In this document: positions 51,779 to 63,803 of the stretch, piece by piece
Layout: each line of letters starts with the position of its first letter
Numbering within the stretch: position 1 is the first letter of the stretch
Assembly (NCBI RefSeq): GCF_018977255.1
Contig: NW_024704742.1
Location: forward strand, 13,084,001-13,148,000
Length of the DNA: 64,000 nt
Reading direction: 5' to 3'
Source: Callorhinchus milii
Lineage: Eukaryota
The notes under the pieces: model-generated
Database searches by the model: none
Seen by the model: only the letters and a program-made list of their open reading frames with translations
Told to the model about the DNA's origin: nothing
Program-made: the position numbers and the translations under genes

Positions 51779-54712
51779 TCAAGGCGGCAGGGACTGCAGC
51801 TAGCACAGGGCTGTGGGGTGTGGGGGCGGAGCGGGGGAACCCCTGATGTCATAGTTTAGTTTTCAGGAGTGTGCGCGCGCAACAAAAAAAAACAATAAAA
51901 AAAATAAAAAAAACCTCTGCGCCCCCCACACCCGGGGCTCACATCAGGGCCCACCATGGTCCTGTTGGGTTGGCTGCCCCAGCCCCAACCTATGGGCTAA
52001 TGCCATCCACCTGACCGCTCGCTCCCGGTCCCCGCGTGCGCACTATGGCTGCCGCTTTGACCCGAGCCCCCTCAGCCCCTCCCTCCCTCCCCCCTCCTCT
52101 CTCCCCCCAAACCCCCCCCCCTCTGCATCTCTCGCTCTGTCCTCTCTCTCCGTCCCTCTCGCCTTCTATCCCCACTTGACCCTCCCACAACCTCCCTCTG
52201 CTCCAGCCTGGGAATCCTCCGCCGGGCTCACCGTGGCACTCAGCGTTGGCTGTTCAGCAGCAGCCACACCGACTGCCCCATTCCCCACTACACTCGCCAG
52301 CCACCCCGGACACAGACCCGGGGAGTCAACCTCTCCTCCCTCATCCCCATTCCCCCCACCCCTGCCTCACAACCTGGACCTCCAGCCCCTCCCCCAGACC
52401 CACCACCATCTTCTACCGCCCCTGGAAGAAGTTACCCCCACAATCCCTAACCGCTGCCTTGGAGTCCTCTGAATTCCTCTCCCTCTGGTCATCAACCCTC
52501 ACTGACCCCTCTTCACCTCTCACCCTCCTCCACAACACCCTCTCCTCCACACTCGACACTTTTGCCCCCATCACCTCCCGTACTGCCTCCTCCTCTCGCT
52601 CCTCCCTCTGGTTCACCACCCACCTCCGCTCACTGAAGAGCCAGGTGCGGGCCGCTGAACGCACCTGCCTGAAATCTGGCCTAACGGTCCACTGACAAAT
52701 CTGTCTGGACCTCCTCAAAATCTACTGCTCCACTTTAGCCTCGGCCAAGTCGTTCTTCTACTCCAGGATAATCCTGGAGGCAAAGAACAACTCCAGGTTT
52801 CTGTTTTCTACCACATCCCGACTCCTCCGTCCCCCCCGCCACCCCGCGCAGGTCATCTCCTCCAACCTTCACTGTGAGGAGATGCTGGATTTCCTTGAGT
52901 CCAAAATCAAGGGAATCCGCTCCGCGGTCACTTCCCCTCCAACCTTCACCCACCCCCTCTCTCCCACACTCCGACTCCTACCCATCCTCCTTTGCACACC
53001 TTCAAACCCGTTTCCCCACCCTCTGTCATCAAACTCATCCTATCCCTGAAACCCACCACCTGCTCCCATGACCCCATCCCCACTCCACTCCTTATCTCCC
53101 AGCTCCACCTCCTTGCCCCACATATCACAGACATCGTCAACCTGTCCCTCTCCTCTGGCTCTGTTCCCATTCCTTAAAAACTGCCACCATCACTCCCACC
53201 TTGAAAAAACCCTCCCTTGATGCGTCGCAGCTATCAAGCTACCGGCCCATCTCCAACCTCCCCTTCCTGTCCAAGGTCCTGGAACGAGTTGTCGCCTCCC
53301 AGCTGCGCTCTTTCCTCTCCACCCATTCATTATTCGAACCCCTTCAGTCGGGTTTCCGTGCTGCCCATAGCACAGAAACTGCCCTGGTCAAGGTCACCAA
53401 TGACATCCTGACCATCTGCGACCAGGGCTCCCTCTGCCTCCTCGTCCTCCTCGACCTATCGGCAGCATTCGATACGGTCGACCACACTATCCTCCTCCAC
53501 CGCTTGTCCTCCCACCTCAACCTTCAAGGCCCTGTCCTTGAGTGGTTTAGGTCGTACCTCTCCCACCGTCTTCACTTTGTTTCCACGAACGGCTTTTCCT
53601 CCACCCCCCGCACTGTCTCGTGCGGTGTCCCTCAGGGCTCTGTCCTCGGTCCCCTCCTCTTCACCCTCTATATGCTCCCCCTTGGTGACATCATCCGCAG
53701 ACATGGGGTTAACTTCCACATGTATGCGGATGACACCCAACTCTACCTTTCCTCCTCTACCCTCAGCTCCACGACCACCGATGTCCTGACATCCTGCCTG
53801 TCCGACATCGAGTCCTGGACGAGAGACAACTTTCTTCAGCTCAACGTGCGTAAAACTGAGGCCCTCCTGATTGGCTCACGTCAGCGCCTCCGCACCTCAG
53901 GCGCTGACACCATCAGCATCCAAGGCTGCACTCTCCACCTCTCAAAGCCAGTCAGGAACCTCGGGTTCTGTTCGACCCTGAGCTGTCCTTTCTCCCTCAT
54001 ATCCGCACCACAACTGGCACCGCCTTCCATCACCTCCGGAACATCGCCAGACTACGGCACTACCTCACCCCTCACGCTGCTGAAACTCTGGTCCACGCCT
54101 TTGTCACCTCAAGGCTGGACTATGGGAACTCTCTCCTCGCCGGCCTTCCTGGCACCTCCCTCCACAAGCTGCAGGTCATTCAGAACTCTGCAGCTCGTGT
54201 ACTGTCCCGCGCTTCGGGACCACATCACTCCCACCCTCGATCGCCTCCACTGGCTTCCCATCCCCCAGAGGATCGATTTCAAGATCCTCACCTACAAGGC
54301 CATTCACGGCCTTCCTCCCTCCTACCTCTCCGACCTACTATCCCCCTACTTACCTGCCCGTACCCTCCATTCCTCTGACTCCGGTCTGCTCCACATCCCC
54401 CGCCCCAACTGCCCTACCATCGGTGGCCGGGCCTTCAGCCTCTCAGCCCCTAGGCTCTGGAACTCTATCCACCAGTGCCTTCGCCTTGCTTCCTCCCTTT
54501 CCTCCTTCAAGGCCGGTCTCAAGACCTTTCTCTTTGACAGTGCCTTCAGCTCCTCTCTCGACTCTCTACCCCCTCCTCACTCCCTCCCTTTCCTCCCCTC
54601 ACCCTGACCATTTCCCTCCGATGCTCGGGTCCTGACCCAACTGTACAGCGCCTTGGGACGTCCTCCCGATGTGAAAGGTGCTCTATAAATGGAATCTTGT
54701 TGTTGTTGTTGT
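51779..54712 (+). mobile_element. L2 LINE copy with 5' UTR, Pro-rich leader and RT domain but no recognisable APE endonuclease; TSD TGAAGC
   Basis: RT motifs [45 protein letters not shown]; (TTG)n tail; TGAAGC at 51773-51778 and 54713-54718. Inactive (stops, frameshifts near 52970, 53965, 54210). Confidence 0.9.
51823..51851 (+). promoter_or_regulatory. Candidate internal Pol II promoter motifs in the L2 5' UTR (GC box, CRE-like)
   Basis: GGGGCGGAGC at 51823-51832; TGATGTCA (one CpG transition from TGACGTCA) at 51844-51851. Confidence 0.35.
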
Positions 54713-55619
54713 TGAAGCGATTTGAGATGTCTCGAAGATGTGGAAAGCACTATATCAAATACAAGAATTATTATTATTATTTCTTCGGTGTATAATTAAA
54801 CCAAAATGACTTTCACTAATTAGTTTGATGACGAATATTTCTGGTGATAAAGTAGACAATATGATGTGCACTGATGGGAAATAATTTTTCTCCTAATTTC
54901 ACCTAATTCAGCACTTGCATTTTTACATTATAAACCAAGCGCTAAATGAGCAGATCTCTGCTTGTCCGCAGCTGCTCCTGAGATGTGAATTATGTGTGGA
55001 TAGCAGACAAAAGCGCTGACACTTATATTTCCCCTCTTAAAGATATGGAAAAATGTACATTCACATCATGGCCTAAAAATAGTGTGGAGCTATCTGTTTA
55101 ATAATGAATTGGACTTGCTGAAGGGAGGCACAGGACATGAGAAGGAGGCAATGTATGGAGTAGATAATACTTTCAGACTTGCTGAACCTTTCTTGTTGGT
55201 TTATCACTGCCTTATGTACTCTCAGAAGGTGTGATTAAGACGGGCCTCTGTTTATGATGTGTCTGCAACCTCAGTATGTGGTTTATACTGATCAACATGT
55301 TTCTGTTCTTTTAAAAGCAATAATTTAAGTTGTCATTCCACAAGAATGTGCATCTTGCCCGACAATGGGAAAATCTGACTCTGGCCGCTGGGACTGATCA
55401 ATCGTTCTGAGTATCTTACTCAATCACTTGACAGTTTTCAAGTCTAACAAATTTCATTGTGAAGGAGCCTGAGTATTTTAATGTGACTTTACTGACTGGT
55501 TGCTGACATATCCTTTCTACAAGCACATATTACGGGCAACTTTCTCCACTTACAGTTACTGCAGACTCACAGAAGCAACATGTCTATTTGAGTGCTCTCG
55601 GTTCTATCATTTCTCTGAT

Positions 55620-57345
55620 CCCCTGGGGCATACCCACCACCTTTCCACCTCCAGCCTTTGCCCTTTCTGAAGTCCCTGAATCCCCGCTTCCCCATGCCTA
55701 CTGCTGCCTCGATCCCCTCCCCACCCAGCAGCTAGTCGCTCAACTCCGACTCCTTTGCCCACTGCTGGCAGACACCATAAACCAGTCCCTTTCCTCAGGC
55801 GCAGTCCCACTCGGCCTCAAAACAACTGTCATCACTCCCTTACTTAAAAAAACTAGTCTCAATCCCTCCAACCTCACGCACTACCGTCCCATTTCAACCT
55901 GCCCTTCCTGGCCAAAGTCCTGCAACACGTTGTTGCCAACCAATTTTGCTGACACCTTGCCCTCCACTCCCTACACAAAGCCCTCCACTCCAGTTTATGC
56001 CCAGCCCATAGCACAGAGCCAGCGCTCGTCAAAGGAACAAATGACGTCCTCTCTCTATGATGAAGGCTCCCTCTGCCTCCTCATCCTCCTGGACCTCTCC
56101 GCTGTGTTTGACACAGTCGACCACACCATCCTCTGACACAGTTGACCACGCCATCCGCCTCCACCGCCTCTCCTCCCTCATCCACCTCCTCTACTCCCTC
56201 ATCCACCTTAGTAGGACCGCACTTGTATGGTTCAAGTCCTACTTAACCAACCACCAGCACTTCATTTCGGCCAATGGTTTTTCCTCTTGCCCCCACCAAG
56301 TCACCTACGGGGTACCCCAAGACTCCAGCCTTGGCCCCCTTCTTTTCCTCATCTACATGCTCCCTCTTGGCAATGTCATCTGCAGACATGGGGTCAACTT
56401 CCACATGTAAGTGGATGACACCCAAATCTACTTCTCCTACTCCAACTGCAACTCCCAGTCTGTTGATGTCCTATCAGACATCAAGGCCTGGATAAGCGCA
56501 AATTTTTGCAGCTGAATGTCAGCAAGACGGAAGCCATACTCTTTGGCTCCTGTCAACATCTTCTCTCCTGCATATCTGAACTCCTCAACGTCCCTGGGCT
56601 CTCCCTCAAACTCACCGAACTCGTGCCAACTTAGACATCAGGTTCGATCCCCGGCTTTCCTGTCTAGCACACATCCGTTCCCTGACCAGCAATGCTTTTT
56701 CCCACCTCCGCCACATTGCCCACCTCCATCTTACCTCAAAACAGATGCAGCTGGAACCCTTGTCCATGCCTTGGTCATTTCCTGGCTGGAATATTCTAAA
56801 GCCCTCCTCGATGGTCTACCCAGCTCCACCATGCACAAAATCCAATTAATTCAAAACTCCGCTGCCCGAATAATCACCTGCACAAAACTCCTTGCCCCCA
56901 TCACACCAGTCCTTGCCAGACTCCACTGGCTCCCAATTGGAGAACAGATTGATTTCAAGATCCTCTCACTCATTTCCAAATCCCTTTATGCCCTTGGATC
57001 TCCCTACCTATTTGACCTGCTTACCCCCCACTCCACCACCCGCTGCCTCTGCTCAGCTGGCTCCGGCCTCCTGTTTGTCCCTCGTGCCCTCTGCTCCACC
57101 ATCAGTGGCCATGCCTTCAGCCACTGTGCCCTGAAACTCTGGAACGCTCTCCCTCAATCTCTCCACCTTGCCCCCTCCCTCCCACCTTCAAATTCCGCCT
57201 AAAGACCTTTTTGATTGTGCTTACGGCCACCTCCCCCACTCCCTCTCCCCCTGGCTAGTTGTCAGACTCCGCCACTGTGAAGAGCTCCGGGATGCTACTC
57301 AGCATGAAGGGTGCTATATAAATGCAAGTTGTTCTTGATGTTGTT
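55620..57345 (+). mobile_element. Older L2 lineage, 5'-truncated, degenerate RT
   Basis: CCLDPLPT, YRPIST, LLDLSAVFDTVDH, GVPQDSSLGPLLF, LHWLPIGEQIDFKIL. Confidence 0.9.
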
Positions 57346-58028
57346 GAGAACGCAAGGGTGCGTTAGCAGAAGCCAACCTATAAGAGATCAAAGTGTAAAT
57401 TGGGGTATTGCTGGAAGCTTTTCACTGCTTCTCCAGTTTAGACCAACCTACTCTTCAGGGCACTGCGGAGGAGCAGGAGCCAAGTGGCAACAATGCTGCC
57501 TGGAGTGTTAAGTCTATTCCTCCAACAACAACAAAAATTACATTTGTATAGCACCTTTCACATTGGGAGGACGTCCTAAGGCGCTCCAAATCTGACTGAT
57601 AAGACAGGCGGACTGATCGAACACCAGCTACGCCCTGGAGTACCGTCCATCTGATGCAGGTGTTGAAATACTGAGACTAACATAAAGAGTTGGCTGAGCT
57701 CTGCTCTCCTTCTGCCAAATGTGTCACCATGGAGTCTGCTTTGACTCCCGTAGAGATACATGGAGACATCAGTAATGCAAATGTCAGCAGGTGACTTGTC
57801 TTATAAGACTGTGTGGAGAAACAAAATGCTGATGGGTGTTGGTTAAACATTAGCAAGCCCCAAGTAAGATTAGAGATCTGCACAAGTTTTCTCTCAGCAG
57901 AGTACTGTACATCAAGGACAGACTCCCAAAAAAACAGTTGATAGATTAACCGTTTAATGCTGCACTTAAGTGCTGATCTCGGGCTCCAGAGTGAGGAGTC
58001 AGTTGTGGGAAGCACTAGGAGACTTTCT

Positions 58029-58590
58029 CAACAACAACAGCAACAACATGCATTTATACAGCACCATTCATACGGGTAGTGTCTCAGATGCTGACGTGAT
58101 GCTGAGCCAGAAAGGGGGATGAGCTGACCGATGGCACGGTGGAAGAGGAAAGTCTTCAAGTGTGATTTGAAGACAGAAAAGAGGAAGCAAGACTGAGTGA
58201 TTGAGGCGAGGACTTCCAGAGATGAACGGAATAGTGGCTGCCATTTGTGGAGCAGAGGGGACAAGGGATATGCAGAAAACCCGAGTCAGCTGAGCGAAGC
58301 GGTGGGTCGATGAGTAGGGTGTGAGCAGACTGGAGAGGTGGGGAGGTGCCAAAGTGAGAAGACATTTGAAAATGAGAATGAGGATCTTGAAATTGTTCTA
58401 TTCCGCAACATGGAGCCTGGCAAGAACTTGGGTGATGGGGGTGCAGAGCCTGGTACAGATGAAGAAACCGGGGCAGCGTTTTGAAACATTTCAACTTTGT
58501 TAATAGTGGAGCTGGGGAGACCAGGAGGGTAACATTGGAAATGTCAAGGTGAGAGGTAGCGAAAGCATGAATGAAAATTTTAGCAGCATT
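58029..58590 (-). mobile_element. Old L2 3' fragment
   Basis: IHAFATSHLDISN; FKSHLKTFLF; (CAA)n tail. Confidence 0.8.
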
Positions 58591-58775
58591 TAAAGCAATC
58601 TTAGGGATTGATACATTTACAACTCCTACTTCTAATTTTGTGACTGAAAGACTGGAGATTGCCAAGGACACACTTATGATGTATGTCTGACTTTCTGGAG
58701 TCATCTATACTTTTATTGGATCTACCTGTGAAGGCCAGTTTGAAGCCAATGGAAATCAATAAAATAATATACAGT

Positions 58776-59266
58776 ATAATAATCCTTGCATTTGATAAAA
58801 TGCCTTTTATGTCATGTCAGGAAGATGTCTCAAAGCATTTCATAGGATTTTTACTGTAAACTGCAGTAACGTGTATTTTGTGGATTAGCGCAGCAATCAA
58901 TTTGCACAATGTCCCACAAACAGCAACAACAACAAATTACATTAGTATAGTGCCTTTCACATCAGGAGGCACTAACAGCCAATCAGTAAATGACCAGTTT
59001 TATCTGGAGAATTGTTGGCCAGGACACCAGGTAAAACGTCCTTCTCTTTTCAAATAGTGTCATGGGATCATCCATTTGAACACTTGAACAGGCAGGAACT
59101 CGGTTTAATGTCTCACCCAAAGGATGGCACCTCCAACAATGAAGTGCTCCGCCACCACTGCATTGAATTGTCAGCTTAGACTGTGAGTTCAAAGTCCCAA
59201 CATGAGGCTTGAACCCAAGACCTTCTGACTCAGAGGAAAAAGTGCAAACAACTGAGCCAGGTTGAC
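58776..59266 (-). mobile_element. Old Deu-SINE (SacSINE1-like), full length, with an L2 tail stub inside
   Basis: Head (ggctcagttgtttgcact...cctctgagtcagaaggtcttgggttcaagcc), Deu domain, (ATT)n tail. Confidence 0.88.
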
Positions 59267-59605
59267 TGCTAATATTTTAATAATATTAATCCCACCTTCC
59301 AAAGATACTGAAGAAAGAGAGAACTTGTAAAGTAGAAAATTGCTTAAGAATACAATTTAGGAGCTGAAAATGGGGCTTAATTTACATAATTTATTAAAAG
59401 ATTTCTGAATGCATTCTTCAACGTGGTTAAAGTTATAAATATAAAGAAGTAAAGAACTCGCATTTTTAAAGCACTTTACACATCAAAATGTCTGTTTAAA
59501 GATATTACTTTTGTGTGCGCCGACTATTTTGGCTGTCAAAATTCAAATTTGTTGAATTTTTTAAAAATGTGTTTAAATTTTTCTACTAAATGTGTTTAGA
59601 TACAC

Positions 59606-59697
59606 CACAACACCTAATTACCACAAATTATGTAGTGCCACCTAATTTGTGGTAATTAGGTGCTGTGAATTGGCACCCAATTACCACAGATTAGGTG
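59606..59697. repeat. Three-arm alternating inverted repeat
   Basis: Arms 59606-59630, 59643-59667 (reverse complement, 1 mismatch) and 59673-59697. Confidence 0.8.
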
Positions 59698-60299
59698 CTG
59701 ATACACAGGACCAGTTTGCCCTCAGAGATAGAAATCTCCGCCAACCTGAATGCAGGTTATCCCCATCAAAACAGTTTGGGGACCATTTTGGAGGTTATAC
59801 AGATATAGATTGAGATCACAAGATTAGTTCAGATGTAGACACTTCAGCCCATTTGATCTCATCTTTCCAGACTACCCACTTTACCATTTCCCCCGTTCCC
59901 TATCACAGCACCCTATAGGCTAAAGCCCTGATGGCTAGGATGGTCCTAATTGGACAAGCAGCGGGAAAGCTTGCCAGACAGTGTTTTCACTGGCAAACAA
60001 TTCATTTTTAAGCTGGTTAGGCTCCAGCAGATACTCTGGGGTTCCAGAATTAGGTAAACAGGATGCGTCCCTCCACATGCGTCTATGCATTCCATTTCAA
60101 TAAATATCTTGGAAATTTCCATGTGTAGGAGGGTTGCAAGGAACTCTCGGTTTGGTTTGAATACTCAAGAATGTTGATGGGTTTCAGACACCCAACTGAA
60201 AAGAAAAAAGGTGTTGCTTAACCAGTGAGTAGGGAACTAACTGAGGTGGTGTCTCTGGAGAGTATTGAGACAGGGTTGAACAGCAGAAAACTATAACTA

Positions 60300-60620
60300 A
60301 ATACCTCCATAGTCTTGCCTCACCTTACCTTTGCGACCTCCTCAAACCCTAATGACCCACCCACTCCCTTCACTCAGTATTGATTGGCCTGCTTCATTTT
60401 TGCACCCTACCCGTTCCACCTTTCAGCCTATCTGCCCCCCTTATTCTAAAACTCCATCTCGTAGCCCCTTCTTATGCCTCCCTCCCATTGCTCAAGGTCT
60501 ATCTCAAAATCTATCTCTTTGATTTTTTTTGCACTTTTGGTCATTTTGAGCAGCGCCTTGGGAAGTTCTCCTGACGTGAAAGGTGCTTTATAAATGTAAT
60601 TTTGTTCTTGTTTGTTGTTT
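60300..60620 (+). mobile_element. Old L2 3' fragment
   Basis: LHSLASPYLCDLL remnant, KVYLKIYLF, L2 tail. Confidence 0.7.
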
Positions 60621-62189
60621 CCCACTCCTCTCCCCTCTCAGCTCCCTCCTCCAGCTCAGATGCCAAGCCAGGATTGTACAGTGCCTCCGAACATGAAAGG
60701 TCTCACATGAAGGTAATTTTGTAAGGTGTATTGTAAACTAGGTCAGGGATACATGTTTCGGTGTTAAGATCTAAGATCTAATGCACAGGAAATTAAAATG
60801 GAGGTGAATCTTAAGAACTAAAATCATGAAACAAGATGTAAAATGATTTCCTGCAGCTTTTCTCAAGGATTCGGATGGTAGAGTCCCACTCGGCTCTTTT
60901 AGCTAAAAGCATGAGCTGCTATACATCAATACCAATAAAATATCTACTGCCGCAGACAATGTGATTTACAGAGTACTCCAGATAAATTAGTCACACTGTT
61001 TCTGTGACCTTGTTACATGAAACGTGGCTGTCATATCTGCTTTCACAAACAGTCCCTAAACAGTCACTATTACCTCAGAAACAGCATTCTGAAGTTGCCA
61101 TTCCCTTGTAATAAGTTGTTATGGGTTTCTGCATGAGTATGCTGACCAAAAATAAATGAGCAGCACACAATAATAATAATTCTTCCATTTGATATAGTAT
61201 CTTATCACATCATTGAGACATCTCAAAGCGCTTCAAAGAATATATTTTAAATATATTTATTTATATATTTACACATATATTATACTCAATAGTATTTAGC
61301 CACAAGACCAAAGAAAGTACTCTTGGTTACTCCTCTCTATTCAATCAAATCTATCTATAAATATATATATTAATACATTCACAGAATAGATTACAAAATA
61401 TATACGATGGTCCCGTCAGAAGGGGATGTCATTCTAAAATGTCTCAGGCCAAAATATGTCTGTCTATCTTTGATGCGCTTTGCCATGTGTCTACACATGA
61501 CTACTATAACAATGCAAGCTCTTTCTTTCTGCAACAGGAGGCAGACACTGAACAGAATAGGAAGCTGGTCATTTCTGGGAGATGCAAGAAGTATTGGGGG
61601 TGTCTGGGGCTTCATTTTGTGCTCCTGCAATGTAAAAACAAACTTAACGGCATTTATCCACAATGTACTCTTGGTTATGCCTCTCCCATTCAATCCAATC
61701 CATCTCCTTTTTAATATAGAAACAGCAGCCCAGGAGAGGAAACAGCTGCAGCACTTGATGTCTCTCCAGAATTTATACACATTAAGGTGAGAGCACTCCA
61801 GGAGGAGCAGGCTTGACAGGTTGAATGGTTTAGCTTTAAGTCACAGGTTCCTATCAATGTAAATTGGTGAAGAAACATCAGGGTCGCTTCACCCAAGTTA
61901 AATGGTACCTTTATGTACCGTGTGGAATAAATAGTGAATGCCTTTAAGCAATATGTGGTATAATGCAATGGCATGGTACTTTAAACAAGAAGAGGATTCT
62001 GTCCATATTGTACATTTTTATTCGAAACCTTTAGTTGGCAATTTGCTCCGCTCAGCATAACATATAACTACTGTATTTATTTTGACCCATATTTAAATAG
62101 AAATAAAGAATACTTTATGTAACAGTTAAGGTCCTGATTCTTCAACCTGCTTTTAATCAATTCCCCATCACAGGGCACAGTATTCATCG

Positions 62190-62520
62190 TTACATTTGAT
62201 ATTGCAACTTTTATCGATGGGAGAATGTTTCAAAGAGCTTCACAGGATTTTTACTGCAAAGTGGACTGACTGTATTTGTAGACGAACGTGGCAGCCCAAT
62301 TGCACGCAGCAATATCACACAAACAGCCGTGAAATGAATGACAAATTTCACCTGGCAGGACACCGAGAGAAACTCTCTTCTATTCCGGACAGTGCCATGG
62401 CATTCTTAACGTCCACCTGAACACCTGGACGGAACCTCGGTTTAAATGTCTCATCAGAAGGACAGCACCTCCGACAATGCAACACACCCCGAGGACTGCT
62501 TTGAAGTGTCAGTTTAGATG
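62190..62520 (-). mobile_element. Old Deu-SINE
   Basis: Deu block (gtgccatggcattcttaacgtccacctgaac...cagcacctccgacaatgc). Confidence 0.8.
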
Positions 62521-63409
62521 AGACACAGCCATTCTGTTCTGCTTAAAACAGTCAGGTCATTTCCAATAATTGCCTATTAAGTAGGATCGATCACTATTAA
62601 AAAAAGATTTTGTAATCTACAAAACAAATTGCAAGGCTGCTTGTGTTCGTCAGTTTGTTCTGCCTTCTGAAATGATAAACACGAGCCGGTAGTTGGCAGA
62701 TCTGCAATGAAAAATGGGGAATGGAAAGACCCAGACACAATGATATGAAAACTGTCAAATATACGCAGAGCATGGTTGTATTTATACTCAAACCCTAAGA
62801 CCCAGGTCTCTGATATATCTGCAATCCTGTCTGCACTTCCAAGCTTAAATGTACATTAGTCCCAGGAGGGGTTCCCTTCCTTGGCAGAGAATTAGCTCCA
62901 GATCCCATAGCTTGCCATTACTATGTCTGCAGCACAGCACATTTATGATTAAAAATTACCTTGCAAAATAGAGTTTAAATCTCAGGACAACTCATCCCCT
63001 TATAGCGTGTTTCATCAAAAAGACTGAAAGGGAATCACAAAATCAGACAGGCAGTAGTTATGGCCCACAATCTCAGCTCAACATCCCGCAATGATAGAAG
63101 GAATGAGAGAATGGAAATAATCTCCGCTGCTTTTGGACTGTAACCTAACTGACAGAGCAATATTTTCTTATCGACTCTGGTCCTGTGTGGAACTGAGGGT
63201 GAAGAAAGACTGTGTTGATGTGCACAATGCAGAGGACAGAGTTTGTGATGTTGCTGATTGTATACCATAAATAAGTATTAGAGGAGAGAGCACAAGAGGT
63301 AGGATTCCTCTGTCTCCTAACACAAGTCCTGAGGAAACAGGTCCAACACACTTGCTAAATGTAAGAAATCCTCACAACAACTGTATAATATAATAATAAC
63401 TTGCATTTA

Positions 63410-63803
63410 TATAATAATAACCCTTGAATTTGCTATTGTGTCTTTTCACGTCGAGAAGACGTTTCAAAGAGCTTCACAAGATATACTGCAAAGTGTAGTG
63501 ACTGTGTATTTTTAGGCAATTGTATTAGCCAATTTTCACACAGAAATATCCGACAAACAGCCATGAAGTGAATGACCAATTTTTATTTGAGGGGTTGTTG
63601 GCCCTTCTCTTTTCAAATCATGTTCATCTGAACAGGCTTGGTTTAACGTCTCATCTGAAGAATGGCACCTGCAATAATGCAGCACACACCCAGAAGTGTA
63701 TTTGAGTAACAGCCTAGATTATGAGTTCAAAGTCCCAACATGGGGCTTGAACCCACAACCTTTTAACTCAGGGACAAGAGTGCTACCAACCGAGCCAGAG
63801 TGA
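63410..63803 (-). mobile_element. Old Deu-SINE, full length
   Basis: Head (ggctcggttggtagcactcttgtccctgagttaaaaggttgtgggttcaagcccc), Deu domain, tail. Confidence 0.85.

Larger units (their letters stand above)
51580..54781 (+). mobile_element. Young SINE split by the L2 insertion (5' part 51580-51778, 3' part 54713-54781)
   Basis: ...tcactttacatgtgaagc | L2 | tgaagcgatttgagatgtctcgaagatgtggaaagcactatatcaaatacaagaattattatt. Confidence 0.9.

Noticed and set aside
53201..54607. 468-aa ORF as an intact gene
   Set aside because: It is L2 RT with compensating frameshifts (~53965 and ~54210) and upstream stops; not a cellular gene or an active element.
55073..55082. MEF2 consensus CTAAAAATAG (also at 1751-1760)
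   Set aside because: Short AT-rich motif expected by chance several times in 64 kb.
57729..57793. ATG in good Kozak context encoding MESALT..., like the N-terminus of MYO1C
   Set aside because: Similarity ends after six residues and the frame stops after 21 codons; most likely coincidence.
61391..61790. Overlapping 127-aa and 129-aa ORFs on opposite strands
   Set aside because: No recognisable domain; only the short splice-bounded piece 61720-61786 is kept as a weak candidate.
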